The translations under genes were made by a program, and so were the position numbers. A stretch of DNA of 64,000 nt from Paragordius varius. Its lineage: Eukaryota > Animalia > Nematomorpha. Of the stretch, positions 51,501-64,000 are shown piece after piece. Under the pieces are notes generated by a model. It was not told the origin of the DNA and searched no databases. It saw only the letters and a program-made list of their open reading frames with translations. Position 1 is the first letter of the stretch. Each line of letters opens with the position of its first letter. The stretch covers positions 11,036,001 to 11,100,000 of the forward strand of contig OZ176052.1 in NCBI GenBank assembly GCA_964247055.1, written 5' to 3'.

Positions 51501-51844
51501 TAAAATGAATTAATCATTTCAAAAATGTTATTATTTTTGGTTTCCCGTTAAAAACCACCTAAAATAATCAATGTTTAATTTTGTTAAAGCTGTGATTAAG
51601 ACGCGATATGATGAAAAATCTTTGATACATTATCTGACCCATTTGTTCCAAAGTTATGTGAGTTCGCAAAAAGATGTCACATCGGCCCAACGCAGTCCTA
51701 GCCCGGGTGGATTAGCTACTCAAGATACTGAACAACTTGGACGCCTTTTGAACGATCTCAAAAAGGGAGTCCATAACATTATAAATCAGATTGATGCTAG
51801 TATACCTAATTTAGCACAACAAGTAAATTATATTAAATTTTAAC

Positions 51845-51886
<42 letters not shown>

Positions 51887-54800
51887 ATCATGCATATCAT
51901 ATGTTATGTTATAAAAAGAAAATGACCTCAGGATATGTGTTGTAATTTTAAAACTTTAAAGCATAAATTTTTTAATAATAAAATATTTGGGAATATTTAA
52001 CCGAAAAGGGCGATTAGGGCAGACAGTCGGAATTATATTTTTTTGGTAATATACTTTTTTCATCTGTATATTTTTTCATAGGAGTTTTGATATTTAAAGA
52101 TAAAATAAAATAATTTTGTAAATTTATGGAATAAAATATCATTTCCTTTTTTAACATATATTGTATTATTCTGATAGGAGTTTTTGCTTTGGTGTAAGAT
52201 TATAACCCAAAATTCTGGACTATACGATAAAATGAGAGACGCTTACAGTAAACCTAATCCATATGATAATCATAACATTACGAAAGAGATTTGGCACAAT
52301 CTCAATGCCCATTGGGAAAATGTGGAGGATATAAAAAGCCGCGTTTCGCAAAAACTCAATGAAATCTTGTTTAAAGATATCTATAATCTATGTATGATAT
52401 TATATTACATTTTTTTATTTGTAAAATTTTACTTTAAAAATTTCTAGTCGATGAATTTTATTATTTTATGTATTTTAACATATTTCATATATGATTAAAA
52501 AATCTAAATGCACTTTAGACGTCATTTCTGGCCATCAGAATTTGATTGATAAATCAACCTTCCAATCGACCGAAGATCTTTCCATTATTCCACCCTCACC
52601 GAAACTTTCTCAAGTTTAACTTTTTTATATATAATTTTTTGGAAAATTTCACATAAATTTACATTTGACTTTTCATTTATATCAACATAAGTTTATTACT
52701 ACCCTTATTCTATCACCAAAACTTAAAAATTTTGTAAATAGGTGAATAAATCTAACCTAAGGAGTCCTGCTGGCAGTTTTTCTTTCCTAAACCCTATGGA
52801 TATGGCTCAAAGTGAAACCATGGCTACGCAAAAAAAGTCATCCCATTCTCTGCATGCTTATTCCCCTCATAACCAATCCTTGTCTCCTCAATCCGATGGA
52901 AAATCGTCAGACCATAATAAAGTCGCCATTGATAAATCAAACATTAAAATTGATGCCAGGAAATTGAGTGAAATTTATCAATTCCTTTTGGCTTACGCTA
53001 AATACAAACAAGCCATTAATGCCTTTAATAAAAGTATGGAAAAAAGTTTGAATCAAAAAGATGTTTTAGCTACTGTCAGTGAGCCCTCAACCATTTCACC
53101 ACAGAATGAATCGGAGGACATAAAACTTAACAGTAACCTGGATATAGTTATGAATAATCTTAAGGGCTTAGGTAAGTTATAAATTGAATTATTTAAAGTT
53201 TTTGGAATTCATATATGAATAGGTTGTTTATTTTGATCGCTTAAATAATCGGTCTGACAGCTTTTATATGCAGTCATTGACGGTAATTACCAGTCAAAAA
53301 CACAATTTAAATATGATGTTGGCAATTACCATAACCAAACTTAATAAATGAATTGGTTTAATAGTGTTAAAAATATATTAATCACAATAAACAAAAAGTT
53401 GATATAATATATATTTTACTCTAACAAGTTTATACCACTATAAAATTATTATATATCACTTGATAAACATATGAAAAAAAAATTTGAGTGGTGGTTATAA
53501 AAGCGGTCACCCACCCTCGTTTGTGTGAATGCATTATCAAAAGCCACTAATAAAGGGTAAATTAACCATATAGTAATAAAATTAAGCGTGAGTTTATCAT
53601 ACATAAATATATCGAAACCATGATTTTTATAATTCGGATTTTTTCTAATTTATTTTTAGTAAAGAGTCATGATCAATCCGCCCTGCTTAGCAGTAGCCAA
53701 ACAAGTGATCCCAAATGGATGGATGATTTTAAATCGATGCAAAGATCATTGGATGAAATTCAAGTTGTTAATAATGCTTGGAACATTTATATCCGTGAAG
53801 CTAACATCGCACGCAATTGGTTAGACCAAGTTCGCACCTCAAAAAAAGTAATCAGAGTTTATCAAAAAAAAATTTTTTTTAACTTTACATTATTTTTTTT
53901 ACTTTAGTTTTTATGAATTTAGCTTTAGTGTATATACTGAAATTAGTATTTTATTCCATTTTATAAATAACTTATATTTTTTAGTGTTATGTTCTATGCA
54001 TAGCTTTATTTTAATAATTATTATAGCCATTGACCTTAAATGATATTAAAAGTCATGAAGACCTATTTGATAATATCGATAAGTATGGAGGTACGTTGAC
54101 AGCTAATATGTCAAAATTAGTGGCACCCCGATTACAAGCCCATTTCAGTAGCCTTATAAAGACGTGGTTAGAGTTACGCGCAATGCTAGAAAAACAAGGA
54201 GACAAAAAATTGGTAATTTGATTTTTTTTAGTTTTTGTTTTTCAATCAACTGGTTTTTGATTTAGTTGATACAATTATTTTAAACTATTCGATCATAATT
54301 AGAAAAAAACCTATTTGAAATAAATTTTGTTTTATATGAATATATATTTAACGTTTATTAATTTGAATTTTTGTTTGACTTTTAATTTAAAGTTTAAAGA
54401 CGCATTTTGTATAGTTATTTACATAGTATTCAGTACATTTCGGTAAATTATAAATTTTTCCCATTTCTTTATACTTTTTTCAATTTTTCCTTTTCTCTTT
54501 GTGTTCATTTTGAAATTATCTTAAACTTTTTACAATATTTTTATATTAGTCATGGACAGATATATCCCATAAAATTGAACAATTGGATACGATTGGACCT
54601 GCAAATAACCAAAGTTATCATGACATAATTGTTGATAATAATACATCTCAGTCAGTTAATCGAGAAAGTATATTAAAATTTACGGCAACATCTTCACCAC
54701 CGGTTCAAATAAAAGCATCCCTAACGGCGAACCAATCATTAGGGCAAAAAAATAATAAAAAATTCAAAGATACTTTGGCAGAAAATGATATGAAAATTAC

Positions 54801-57800
54801 TAAAATGCTACAACGTCCCATGTTAATTGCAACATCTGCAAATCAGTCGCTCAAAAACAGTGAGAATGAAGGCAGTAATGTAAAACTAAATACCTCATTA
54901 AATAAAACGATTAAACCCACTACGATAGAATTAACGCTACATCATGAAGTCTTTCAACCCTTATATCAAAAGTTGTATGGAAGCAACACAACCTCTAAAG
55001 ATGAAAATATATGTTTAGTTTTAACCAAATATAAAGTATATTGTAGAATTAAATTATCATCGAAATATTTCAATTTATATCATATATATATATATATTAC
55101 TTGTATAGAAATACCTCAAAGAAGTTTTGCCAGCACTGCAAACCTTTAAATTACAAAAGGGTAAACGTTTAAGTGGATATGAATCCGATATTTTGGACAA
55201 AAAGGTTTATTACTTTTTTAACATAATTTAGTATGTTGTTACTTGCTTTTTATCTTCTGACATATGCTCTGTTTTAAATTTTTTATTTATTATGATAAAA
55301 GTTTAATCTTTTTAAGAATCGTATAGATTTTACAAATCTATTATATACCGTTTTTCTTTCAAACTTATAGATCAATATAGTCGAAAGAAATCTTGCCAAC
55401 TTGGCTTCCCTTAATTTGGACACGGAACCAAAACGATTGAGTAAGCTAGAATCTGACCTGCAAAAATGCTCCAATCTGGTCAGACCTGATAATATACGGG
55501 CATCGAATTTTGAAGCGTTACCAGACTTAGGGGATCAATATACACACACGATAGATAATGTGTTTAGGCCATGGGGTGATTGTGTTGATACCATTATACG
55601 TGTATGCAATGAAAATATGGAATTAGATCCATTCGATGACACGGAAATTCCTGGCTTATACAGTCAAACTCAGAAAATACATGATGCATATTTGGTAATA
55701 TTGATGTATATGCAAATCAGATAGATATTTGATATTATATGATTACTTAGGAAATTTATGATTTTTTTTTGGGGGGGGGGGGGGGAGGGTGGTATAAGGG
55801 GTATCTCAATCGTGAATGAATTGAAATTAACAGAAATTGCTTTTTAGTAATATAAGTTAATCTATTATATGTTCCATATTTTTCCACACTTTTAAAATAA
55901 CCTTATAATTAAAAAAATCAAAATGTTATTACATGTAACTAATTATGTTTAATAAAATGTAAAAATACATTTTATTTGAAAATTCTCATATTTAATTAAT
56001 AATTTTCTAGAATAATTATAATGCATCCAACAAATTCGGTTCCCAACTTACTGATTTGATCCCGCACCTTTTGCAATTCAATCACACGCTCGATAATGTT
56101 TATTTGTATATTTCGGAACTTAGGCGCATACTTACTAAAAGTTTGGAAGATTGCCGGACTAATCATAAGGTAAAAATTTATATAAAAAATTTTTGTCCAA
56201 TTTTTCATATACATTTAATTTTTGTAATTTTATATAATTTATGCTAGAAATTTACTATAAATATGGATGAATCAGTTTACAAAGATATTGAAATGCAAGG
56301 AAAGAAATTGTCTGAACTATTATTAACGCCTCCTCAAAAATCCGCATTACAGGGCAAAATAGAGCGATGCCAAAGGGATTGGAATGTATAAATCTATTTT
56401 TTAAAAACTATGTGGCTTTAAAGTTTTGTTTAATATGTTTGAAATTATATTTTTAATTAACTTATAAAATTTTTAATTTTGGTTAATTTATAAAACTGTT
56501 ATAGGTTATTTTTTGATAATACACCCATATAATAGCATATCATCTTTATTATAGATATGTGTGTTTGAAGTTAACATGTTAACTCTACTCAATAATTATG
56601 CGATTGATGAAAGACGTTTCCAAGACATATACAATAAAGTGGTTGAGGAATTAAATTATGAACAAAAGAGCTTTGAAGCGGGAACATACGATATACAATC
56701 CATACTTGATAGATTTCGGGTTTATATTTTTTAAGTTACATATCTTTGTATAATTTAATTTTTTAAATAAATCTTTATTTTTGGCAAATATTTTTCATAC
56801 CACTATTTATAAATATAGACAATGGTAATTCTTTCATGGGCAAACATGGTTGAAGAGGATTTATCAAACATGAAACAGGGATTAACCCAATCCGAAAAAT
56901 TGTTTAGTCATTATGACGCGCCCCTTAAAACGACGGATTTACGGTATCAAACATCGCTGAACAAGCAAATAGCAGTTATACTCCAAGATCTGCACGAAAT
57001 AAGCCCTAATATGCAAGAACTGACTAAAGCCCAAAATATTGGTGATTTAAGGGTAAACTTAATCGATAAATCACTTCATCATAATTACGAAAGTGACGTT
57101 GAGAAATGGAAAACTCTTAGATTAAGGTTAAACAAGTTTGAGGAAACTTTAAACACCGCCGTAAAATACGATAAACAATTATCTGGGGACATGAATGATA
57201 TAACCTTGCAAACTCAAGCACTCGTGACAGATACTCGCAAATTGTATGATACTATTATTCACAAGCCTGATGCCTTTGAAGGGAGTAAGTTTATTTTATT
57301 TAAATATCTATTTGGATAAAATTTTTTATTTTCCTATATATTAATTTTCATTAATAATAGGTAAAAATGATTATTTGGAACAATTAAATTTAATCAAAAC
57401 ACGACTCCAAGGACTCAAGGCAAAAATTTCAGAATTGGAAGCTAGCAGAATTAAGAACCATACTCCACATGACATTCCATCTACCATTCATGAACGTTAC
57501 AATATTCAACTTGGCCATTTGCATCAAAACATTGATGAACTTTCCACTTTTTTGGTTCAATTGGAACACAACATGCATGACATGCAAAATTTATCTCAAT
57601 TCTCCAAGAATACAAGGGTACAACGCTTATCTATATTTGATCCAACTAATTGGATTAAAGGGGCATCGACTCTCACAACAACAACCAATATCCCTTCACC
57701 GCTAAATACCGCTACGAAATTGGAGGGCCTCGATCGAAACGATATCTCACGACTATCTCCAATACCCGTTACAAGTATTGGAATATCTAAAGTTGTAAAA

Positions 57801-60800
57801 TCTGAAATCCCTTTCACACCACCAACCAAAGATGCTTTGGTTAATAAGCCAACACGGATTGACGCAGAATCGATGAAAGAAAATTTTAAGTATCCATATG
57901 AATATTATGTGGAAAAGGATCCAAATCAACCGTTTAAACGGGTACATAGAACAGTCATGGGGGAGGCTGAACTTACAAGCGCTCCTGGTGAAACGTTAAA
58001 ACAAAATGTGGAAAACCCCGAAACTCAAAGTCATGAAATAAAACCGAGCTATGTATCAACATTTCATGTGGATAAACCTAAAACTCATCCTCTATCATTC
58101 ACTCCTAATTCGTCAGAAAGTAATAATTCTACAGAGCCTGAAATCCAAACTTCCTCCATTAATATAAATATTTCTGCACCTCAAAAATTACCAAACGTTA
58201 CACATCTATCTTCGGCTTTGGGGCAAACTGGTGTACCAACATTTTCTATTCCCGCCGATCAGGTATGTCATCTTTTATTTTATTTATGCATGTTAAATGT
58301 AGTGGTGTGGTTTTCTACTGCTAATAAATTTCAAAGATTGGGTTTAGGATTAAATTTGAGTGAAGCCGACGGAGTTTATATAACATTTAACGTCATGTCG
58401 CAACCAAAAAAATTTTAAGTTCACATAATTACGAAAAATGTAATGTTTCTTTTGGATCAAATAACCATTATTTAAAAGGTAAAATTGAGTTTTGTTAAGT
58501 TTTCATATTTATTCTATGTACACCAATTAAACAAAAAATAATTAATGATGAAAGGATAAAAAATAAAAAAAAATAAATTGCATATTTGGGCCAATTTTTT
58601 TTGGCATCCGCATACTACAATTTTTGCCCAATAATATCCAATAAATTATAATAATAATAAGTGTTTTTGCGACCCGCCTGTGTACATAAATTTTAGTGTG
58701 TGGCTTTTGTATTTGTTTGCCTACATTTTTAATACAATACATATACAATATTAAAATATCGCTTTTTTCCTATGCTGTGTGTGTCTACCGCTGTTTTAAT
58801 TTTTTCATTTAAGCTGAATCATTCAAGATTATTTGTGTCGTTATATTGTGTGTGGTGCTTTAAACAAATATATTTATAGACGCCAAAATTCGATTACAAT
58901 AAATAAAAATATTTTTTAATTTTTTACCTGTCAACACAACTTAGTAAATTAAAATTATTTATTTATATAGCTTTACGCGCTGTAATTATTTTTTCGCATA
59001 TATATATAATATTTTTTTCCCCAAAATTATTGGATTATTACAAAATCAAATAGTTGGCACAAAATCAATCATCATCGTATTTATCGGACCGTTATTCATC
59101 ATCTACCAACAACCCTAGCCATAGTGATATTATCATAAACAATAATTACAAAAATCGCCAAAATAAATCTACTCTTTTTACCACCAACGACACCCAAAAT
59201 AATAATAATAATAATTCAACTGTTGATAAAACTTTTGCCTCAAAATTGATTGTAAACGAAAACCTTATCATGAAGAGCGGTAAGCAAAATAGTAAAAAGA
59301 AAAATCCAAATTTACCCTCCAAGAGTAATACCAATGATCATTCTGAAGATTTGGATATTTATCATCCTATGCCACTTGTTCCGAAAATGGAATCCGGTCC
59401 CGTCCAACCATTCGCCGGTCTTCAAAACACAACTCCTCCCCATCCTTCAAATAGCGCCACAGAATCTAAATTACTTTCGGAGACATCGATACCACATACT
59501 GCTGCTTTACAGGCATCAAACCAAACTAAAATGGTCGAAAGAAACGAAACTCATGATCTTACATCCCCTGATGTAAAAGATTCGCAACAAAGTGAACGTA
59601 TAAATAAAATTAGTGATAAAGTTAAAATTGGAGCCGCGGGTATTATAAGCGGTGTCGGAGCTGTAGCGTCATCTATCATGCATGAAGTTCCAAATTCTCA
59701 AGATAATTCATCCACGAATCGCCCTAAAACCGTGGTGTCTCAGGCTTCTGATACAGAAACTAAGGTAAACATTCTCTAAAAATACGTTTTTAAACAATAT
59801 ATATTTATTGAAAAAAAAACACTTTTTTCTCTTGGAAAAACTTATTTCATGATTTTTTACAATCCATTATAAATCAATTAATTTTACGCAATTTTTGCAT
59901 TTGATCATGCAATAATTATGATATTTTTACAAAAATACTATTATTTACATCCGGTGGATTTTAAAAATGAATTTGTTCATTTTTTATGTGTTTTATTTGT
60001 TATATTAATCATTTATATCATTATTTTATAGAGAGAGGACCCTTTTGAAACTTATTACCACCAATATGGTACTGATCCTCACCTCAAAGAAATTGAAGAA
60101 AAAATTAGCAGTCAACACACAATTATTACTCCTAGTAATATTGATAGCAACGATAATATCAACAATGTTACCAAACCTAGCAATGGTAATAATATAAATA
60201 ATATCACTGAAAAATCATCAGGAAGTACCTTTTCTCATGATAAAACACTATATTTTGATGGTAAACCCTTGTCGCATGATATGGAAAAATTGCCGTTATC
60301 AGTTTTATCACAAAACTATTCAAAACCGACGCACAAAGTTGTCACGGATGAGAGAGAACTTGTTGACTCTTCTAAAGCCTCAAGTGATGATCAAGAAAAA
60401 TCTGAGCCTGCCATTGTTTTGTCTAGTATGTTACCAAGATCGTCCATTTCCGATGAATTTTGGCACAAGGATGACCGAAACACTAAAGTTGATCGTAAGG
60501 TCAAACAAAAAATTGGTGAAACGGAAAGTGAAATGGAAAATATCGTTCTTAGTGGGATTGGTGAACATGCTCCACCACAAATTGTTCGAGAGAAATTAGA
60601 TGCTAAATTAGCTGAAGAGCCTATAGATTTACTGAAACACCCTGTTGCACGGAATAAACAGCATGACAACATTAATTTATCGCATGTTGGGGCCAATGGT
60701 TCTGGCGCCTCCAGCCCTCATGTTGAACGTAAAATGAGAGATGTATCGCCCACTCGTGCTGAACTCTATTACAGGAAGGGAGATGCTCCAACCGCTAATC

Positions 60801-63800
60801 TTGAACGAATTGCTGATCAATACAATCAGGCATCACAAAGTGAACATGAAGCCTTTTTACATGGGCAACACACCAAACCATCTTCTCATCTCGACGCATC
60901 AGGAGCATCTATTACTGGAGGCATTCATTCTACCATTAATCCTTTACCACATTTACCTATCATAGAAACTAAACCAATCATAATAGATTACAATGATCCG
61001 GGTTTAGTTGAATTACCAACGCAAGAGCGTCAAGCTCAAATTGCAGAAGCTCTTGATCGAGGTGAAATTTTGCATCATGGTCTCATTGGTGGCATTGATC
61101 CTTCACAGTTTCTTGTGGACGAGGCTAAGGTACTTTCCCACATCTCTCATCTCGGGGAGTATGCACCTTTGAGACATCCGAGCGAGGCGTTAACACATGT
61201 CCTTGAAACACACCCCAAAAATATCATAATTGATATAAATCATCCGGCCCATGGTGGCCATCATGGTGGAAATAAAGTATCACCGATTTCTACCGAATAT
61301 GATAATATTGGATATTCCGAAAGGGACGTCCCAACGAATGTGGGTGTCGAAGAACCCCAAGTGATATTTCCCGTAACTCGTCGATCCTTTAAAGCGGATG
61401 TTTTACCAACCAAACATTATGTAGATAAAACGGGTGCTCGATCCTATGAACACCATGTCCAAGAACCTCATCATCACGATGTTAATGATGTCAATGTGCC
61501 CACTAACCCGGATGAAAAGGATAAACCCGATGAATACGAAAATGAATATAATATTGCAGATGATGAGAATACAAGATTACTTGGCCAACCGCATCTTTCA
61601 ATGTTGATCAAGCAAAATCAGGGTGCCACCAAAGTTTCTCGCACAGAAAACGAAAAACACCAAGCTTTTGTCCCTGCGACAGAATATAACAAGAAGAGTG
61701 ATATTGGACATATTTCTGCCTCTGACTCTGGTTATAATAAACCTAATGTCATTCAACCAGTTCACGCTCAATCTCACATGCCTAAGGTGGAAAATGTTAC
61801 TTCTAATGCAAGACAAAATAATGTAGGGGTTGTTTCATCATTGGCCAATAAAAATACCGTGTATGTGGATAACTCCCAAATACCAGAAGCCATTAAAATT
61901 GTCGGCATGGCTCCTCGTAATTCTATTAGTGACGATTTTTGGAATACTCCAGTTGATTCATCTGATAAAACCAGCAAAAAGAGTGATTTTCAACATGATT
62001 CTACTTCAAAACCCTACGCTGATTATAATAAGTCAAATGTTATTCAATCAGTTAATACCCAATCTAACGTGTCTAAGGTGGAAAATGTTGCCTCCGATCT
62101 AAGACATAACGTAGGAGCTCCATCAATGGCCAATAAAAATACCTATGCTGAAAATCCCGAAATACCAGATGCTATAAAAATTGTTGGCATGGCTCCTCGT
62201 AATTCAATTAGCGACGATTTTTGGAGTACTCCGGTTATCTCGTCTGATACAACTCATGGGCACCCTAGTGCAGATAAAAATGTTTATGAAAATAAAATGA
62301 CTAAGGTTGGGAAAGTACATCCACAAGCTTCAGACTTATCACATCCTACGAATGCGGAAAATATTCGTACAAACGTACATTATAGTTTAAGTGATAAACA
62401 TGAACCATTGGCCGATCTTACTGCAAAATCTGTAACAAATCAATACCACAGTGGAAACGTTAATGATTTATCCAGTGACATGCGGAAAAAACCAATTATT
62501 GTAGATTATCATGATTCACATATTGCTAGGCACCCCGATCAAACTACGGAATCAAATGTCGCTCATCGATTTGATGAACATTACGATCGTGATAAACCAA
62601 TTATAATAGATTATCAAGATCCTAAAATGATGAATTTGTCAACACAAACACAGCAAAATCAGATAAGTGCCAAAGGTAATGCACAATTTTATGAGACACA
62701 TCAAATTAATCCGGAACATTTGCCCCATCTAAAGGATAATCAGAAATATGAGCAATTCATGAATTTTGGCCACCCGAGTGCGCAATTAACGAAAATTATT
62801 GCAAAACCACCCGGTGACATAATTACCGGTTTTCATGATCAAAACGTTTATTCTAATGTTGGGCAAAATATGGGGTCAAAAATCAATGAATCGCCTTATC
62901 AACACATAGATAGCCATTTGGTAGATCATCATAATGTACCCAGTAAAACAGAAATAGCAACCACCATTCCGTACCAGGTTAAAGCTTCTCCGCGCCTACA
63001 ACATGAACCGAAACACGTAGTGACTGAGATCAGACCGAACCAAGTTTTACCTCATACATTGGAACAGAAAACATCTCATTACCAACCAGGTGTACCACAA
63101 CAATCAAAGTTACCTCATGAAATATCGAGTCATCCTGCTCATGCTTACTATCGACCAGAAAGAGATGAAATCGCTATTGATAATTTCAACTATAGTCGAG
63201 GAGAAGATGAAAATATCCCATATCCGTATGGCAAACATGAACATAAAACCGGCATCGATGATAATTTTAGTAAACCATCCCATATTTTAACTACAAATAC
63301 TGTTGTTAAAAATGATATCTCCGCTGATTTGGAAAGTACGCATCCATCTGCGCAATTTAAACCAGTTTTATCAAGTACAGTGGCTAGCCCTAATGTAAAT
63401 ATGGCTCAATCTAAAGTCGAAAAACCTGAAATATTCCGTCAAGTGGATAACGTTGACAAAACGTACCTTAATTATAGCGATAGTAATCCAAATTTTATTA
63501 ATCAATATGAAAGAGTTTCACCTGTATCCGACGCAAAGAGAGCCGAAGAACCGACATTTGTTAGCGCCCAGGACGAAGCGATGAGTCAAATGGCTAAAAA
63601 TTTTGCAAACACGATTGCGATTGGAACACCCGTTTTTATTGCTGCTAAAACTGCAAACGTTCCCAAGGATGCAAACTATAATGATATTACTACACCAATG
63701 AGTGAACGAACAGAGGGTAAACCATTCCATTCAGACAGTAATAGTTATAAAGGGAAAACGGGGCCAGTCATTGAAAATAAGAGTGTTTCAGATTTCAATA

Positions 63801-64000
63801 TTCATGAAAAACGACCTGAATCAAATGAACATTACAATCAGAAAATGATAAATAAAAATGTTCCTTCTCCATCAACACCCAAAGATACTAAGCATGTAGA
63901 ACAAATTCATGAAATTAAACCTTTTTCAGAAACTCATCAACATGTGGACAAACAGCGTGTTACGCAACAAACACCTAACCTAGCTTCACCTTTTCTTGTG
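48417..64000 (+). CDS. Very large actin-binding protein: tandem calponin-homology domains, spectrin-like helical repeats, then a long low-complexity region (dystrophin/nesprin/spectraplakin-like); start uncertain, runs off the window
   Basis: CH1: EERAFINWINSEL | VTDLSKDLKSGVILLKLIGKL | NIETVLKQL | IRAHDIYQGKKDVILPLLWNMILYYQ. CH2: ELLQDWCNK...RLEKAYDIV...DEKSLIHYLTHLF. Spectrin-like segments such as AWNIYIREANIARNWLDQ. Exons 59054..59764 and 60032..64000 are in phase; the last is stop-free for about 1,320 codons and is absent from the ORF track. Confidence 0.8.
50041..50200. repeat. Imperfect tandem duplication of about 70 bp in an intron
   Basis: tattaacc..aaataattt.agcttttt..cctattg.ttcaaac occurs at about 50041 and 50111. 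Confidence 0.6.
51848..51883. repeat. (AT)n microsatellite, representative of many in the window (e.g. about 11515, 20640, 34742, 48565)
   Basis: Uninterrupted AT dinucleotide run directly visible. Confidence 0.95.
61733..62248 (+). repeat. In-frame internal duplication (about 75-78 codons, two copies) in the giant exon
   Basis: YNKPNVIQPV...KVENV...ANKNT...IPEAIKIVGMAPRNSISDDFWNTPVDSSD (61733-61966) versus YNKSNVIQSV...KVENV...ANKNT...IPDAIKIVGMAPRNSISDDFWSTPVISSD (62024-62248). Confidence 0.9.

Noticed and set aside
55771-55801. G15 run and G-rich tail as a G-quadruplex element
   Set aside because: Isolated intronic homopolymer with uncertain length accuracy and no other support.
1-64000. 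Ciliate-type genetic code as an explanation for tiny introns and in-frame stops
   Set aside because: Genes end at TAA, long exons (RMI2, GNATs, the 4-kb exon) have no internal TAA/TAG, and the stops fall inside GT-AG segments. The gene set is animal-like.

Overview
Strongly AT-rich eukaryotic (almost certainly animal) genomic DNA using the standard genetic code; the organism cannot be named from this window. Nine protein-coding genes can be rebuilt by hand: C1orf43/NICE-3 homolog (+), two tandem YitH-like two-domain GNAT acetyltransferases (-), a UBX-domain (UBXN8-like) gene (-), RIC1 (+, about 18.5 kb), RMI2 (-) and CD2BP2 (+) head-to-head with start codons 22 nt apart, SPRYD7 (-), and a very large CH-CH/spectrin-like cytolinker gene (+) that runs off the right edge. 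The main surprise is the intron architecture. At least 16 GT-AG introns of only 21-28 nt are needed or favoured to restore conserved reading frames in five different genes, and they coexist with ordinary introns of about 55-3,760 nt, in RIC1 and CD2BP2 within the same gene. The supplied ORF track misses most of these genes for this reason. Mobile DNA includes a full-length, mildly decayed RTE-clade LINE with a 13-bp TSD, an (ATGG)n tail, a PHD-like finger inside the RT ORF, and a canonical HDV-like ribozyme fold starting exactly at its 5' junction. There is also a fossil hAT transposon with a perfect 8-bp TSD, several MITEs (one nested), RTE fragments and a tRNA-derived SINE-like element. All gene names come from recalled motif similarity; no database search was run.
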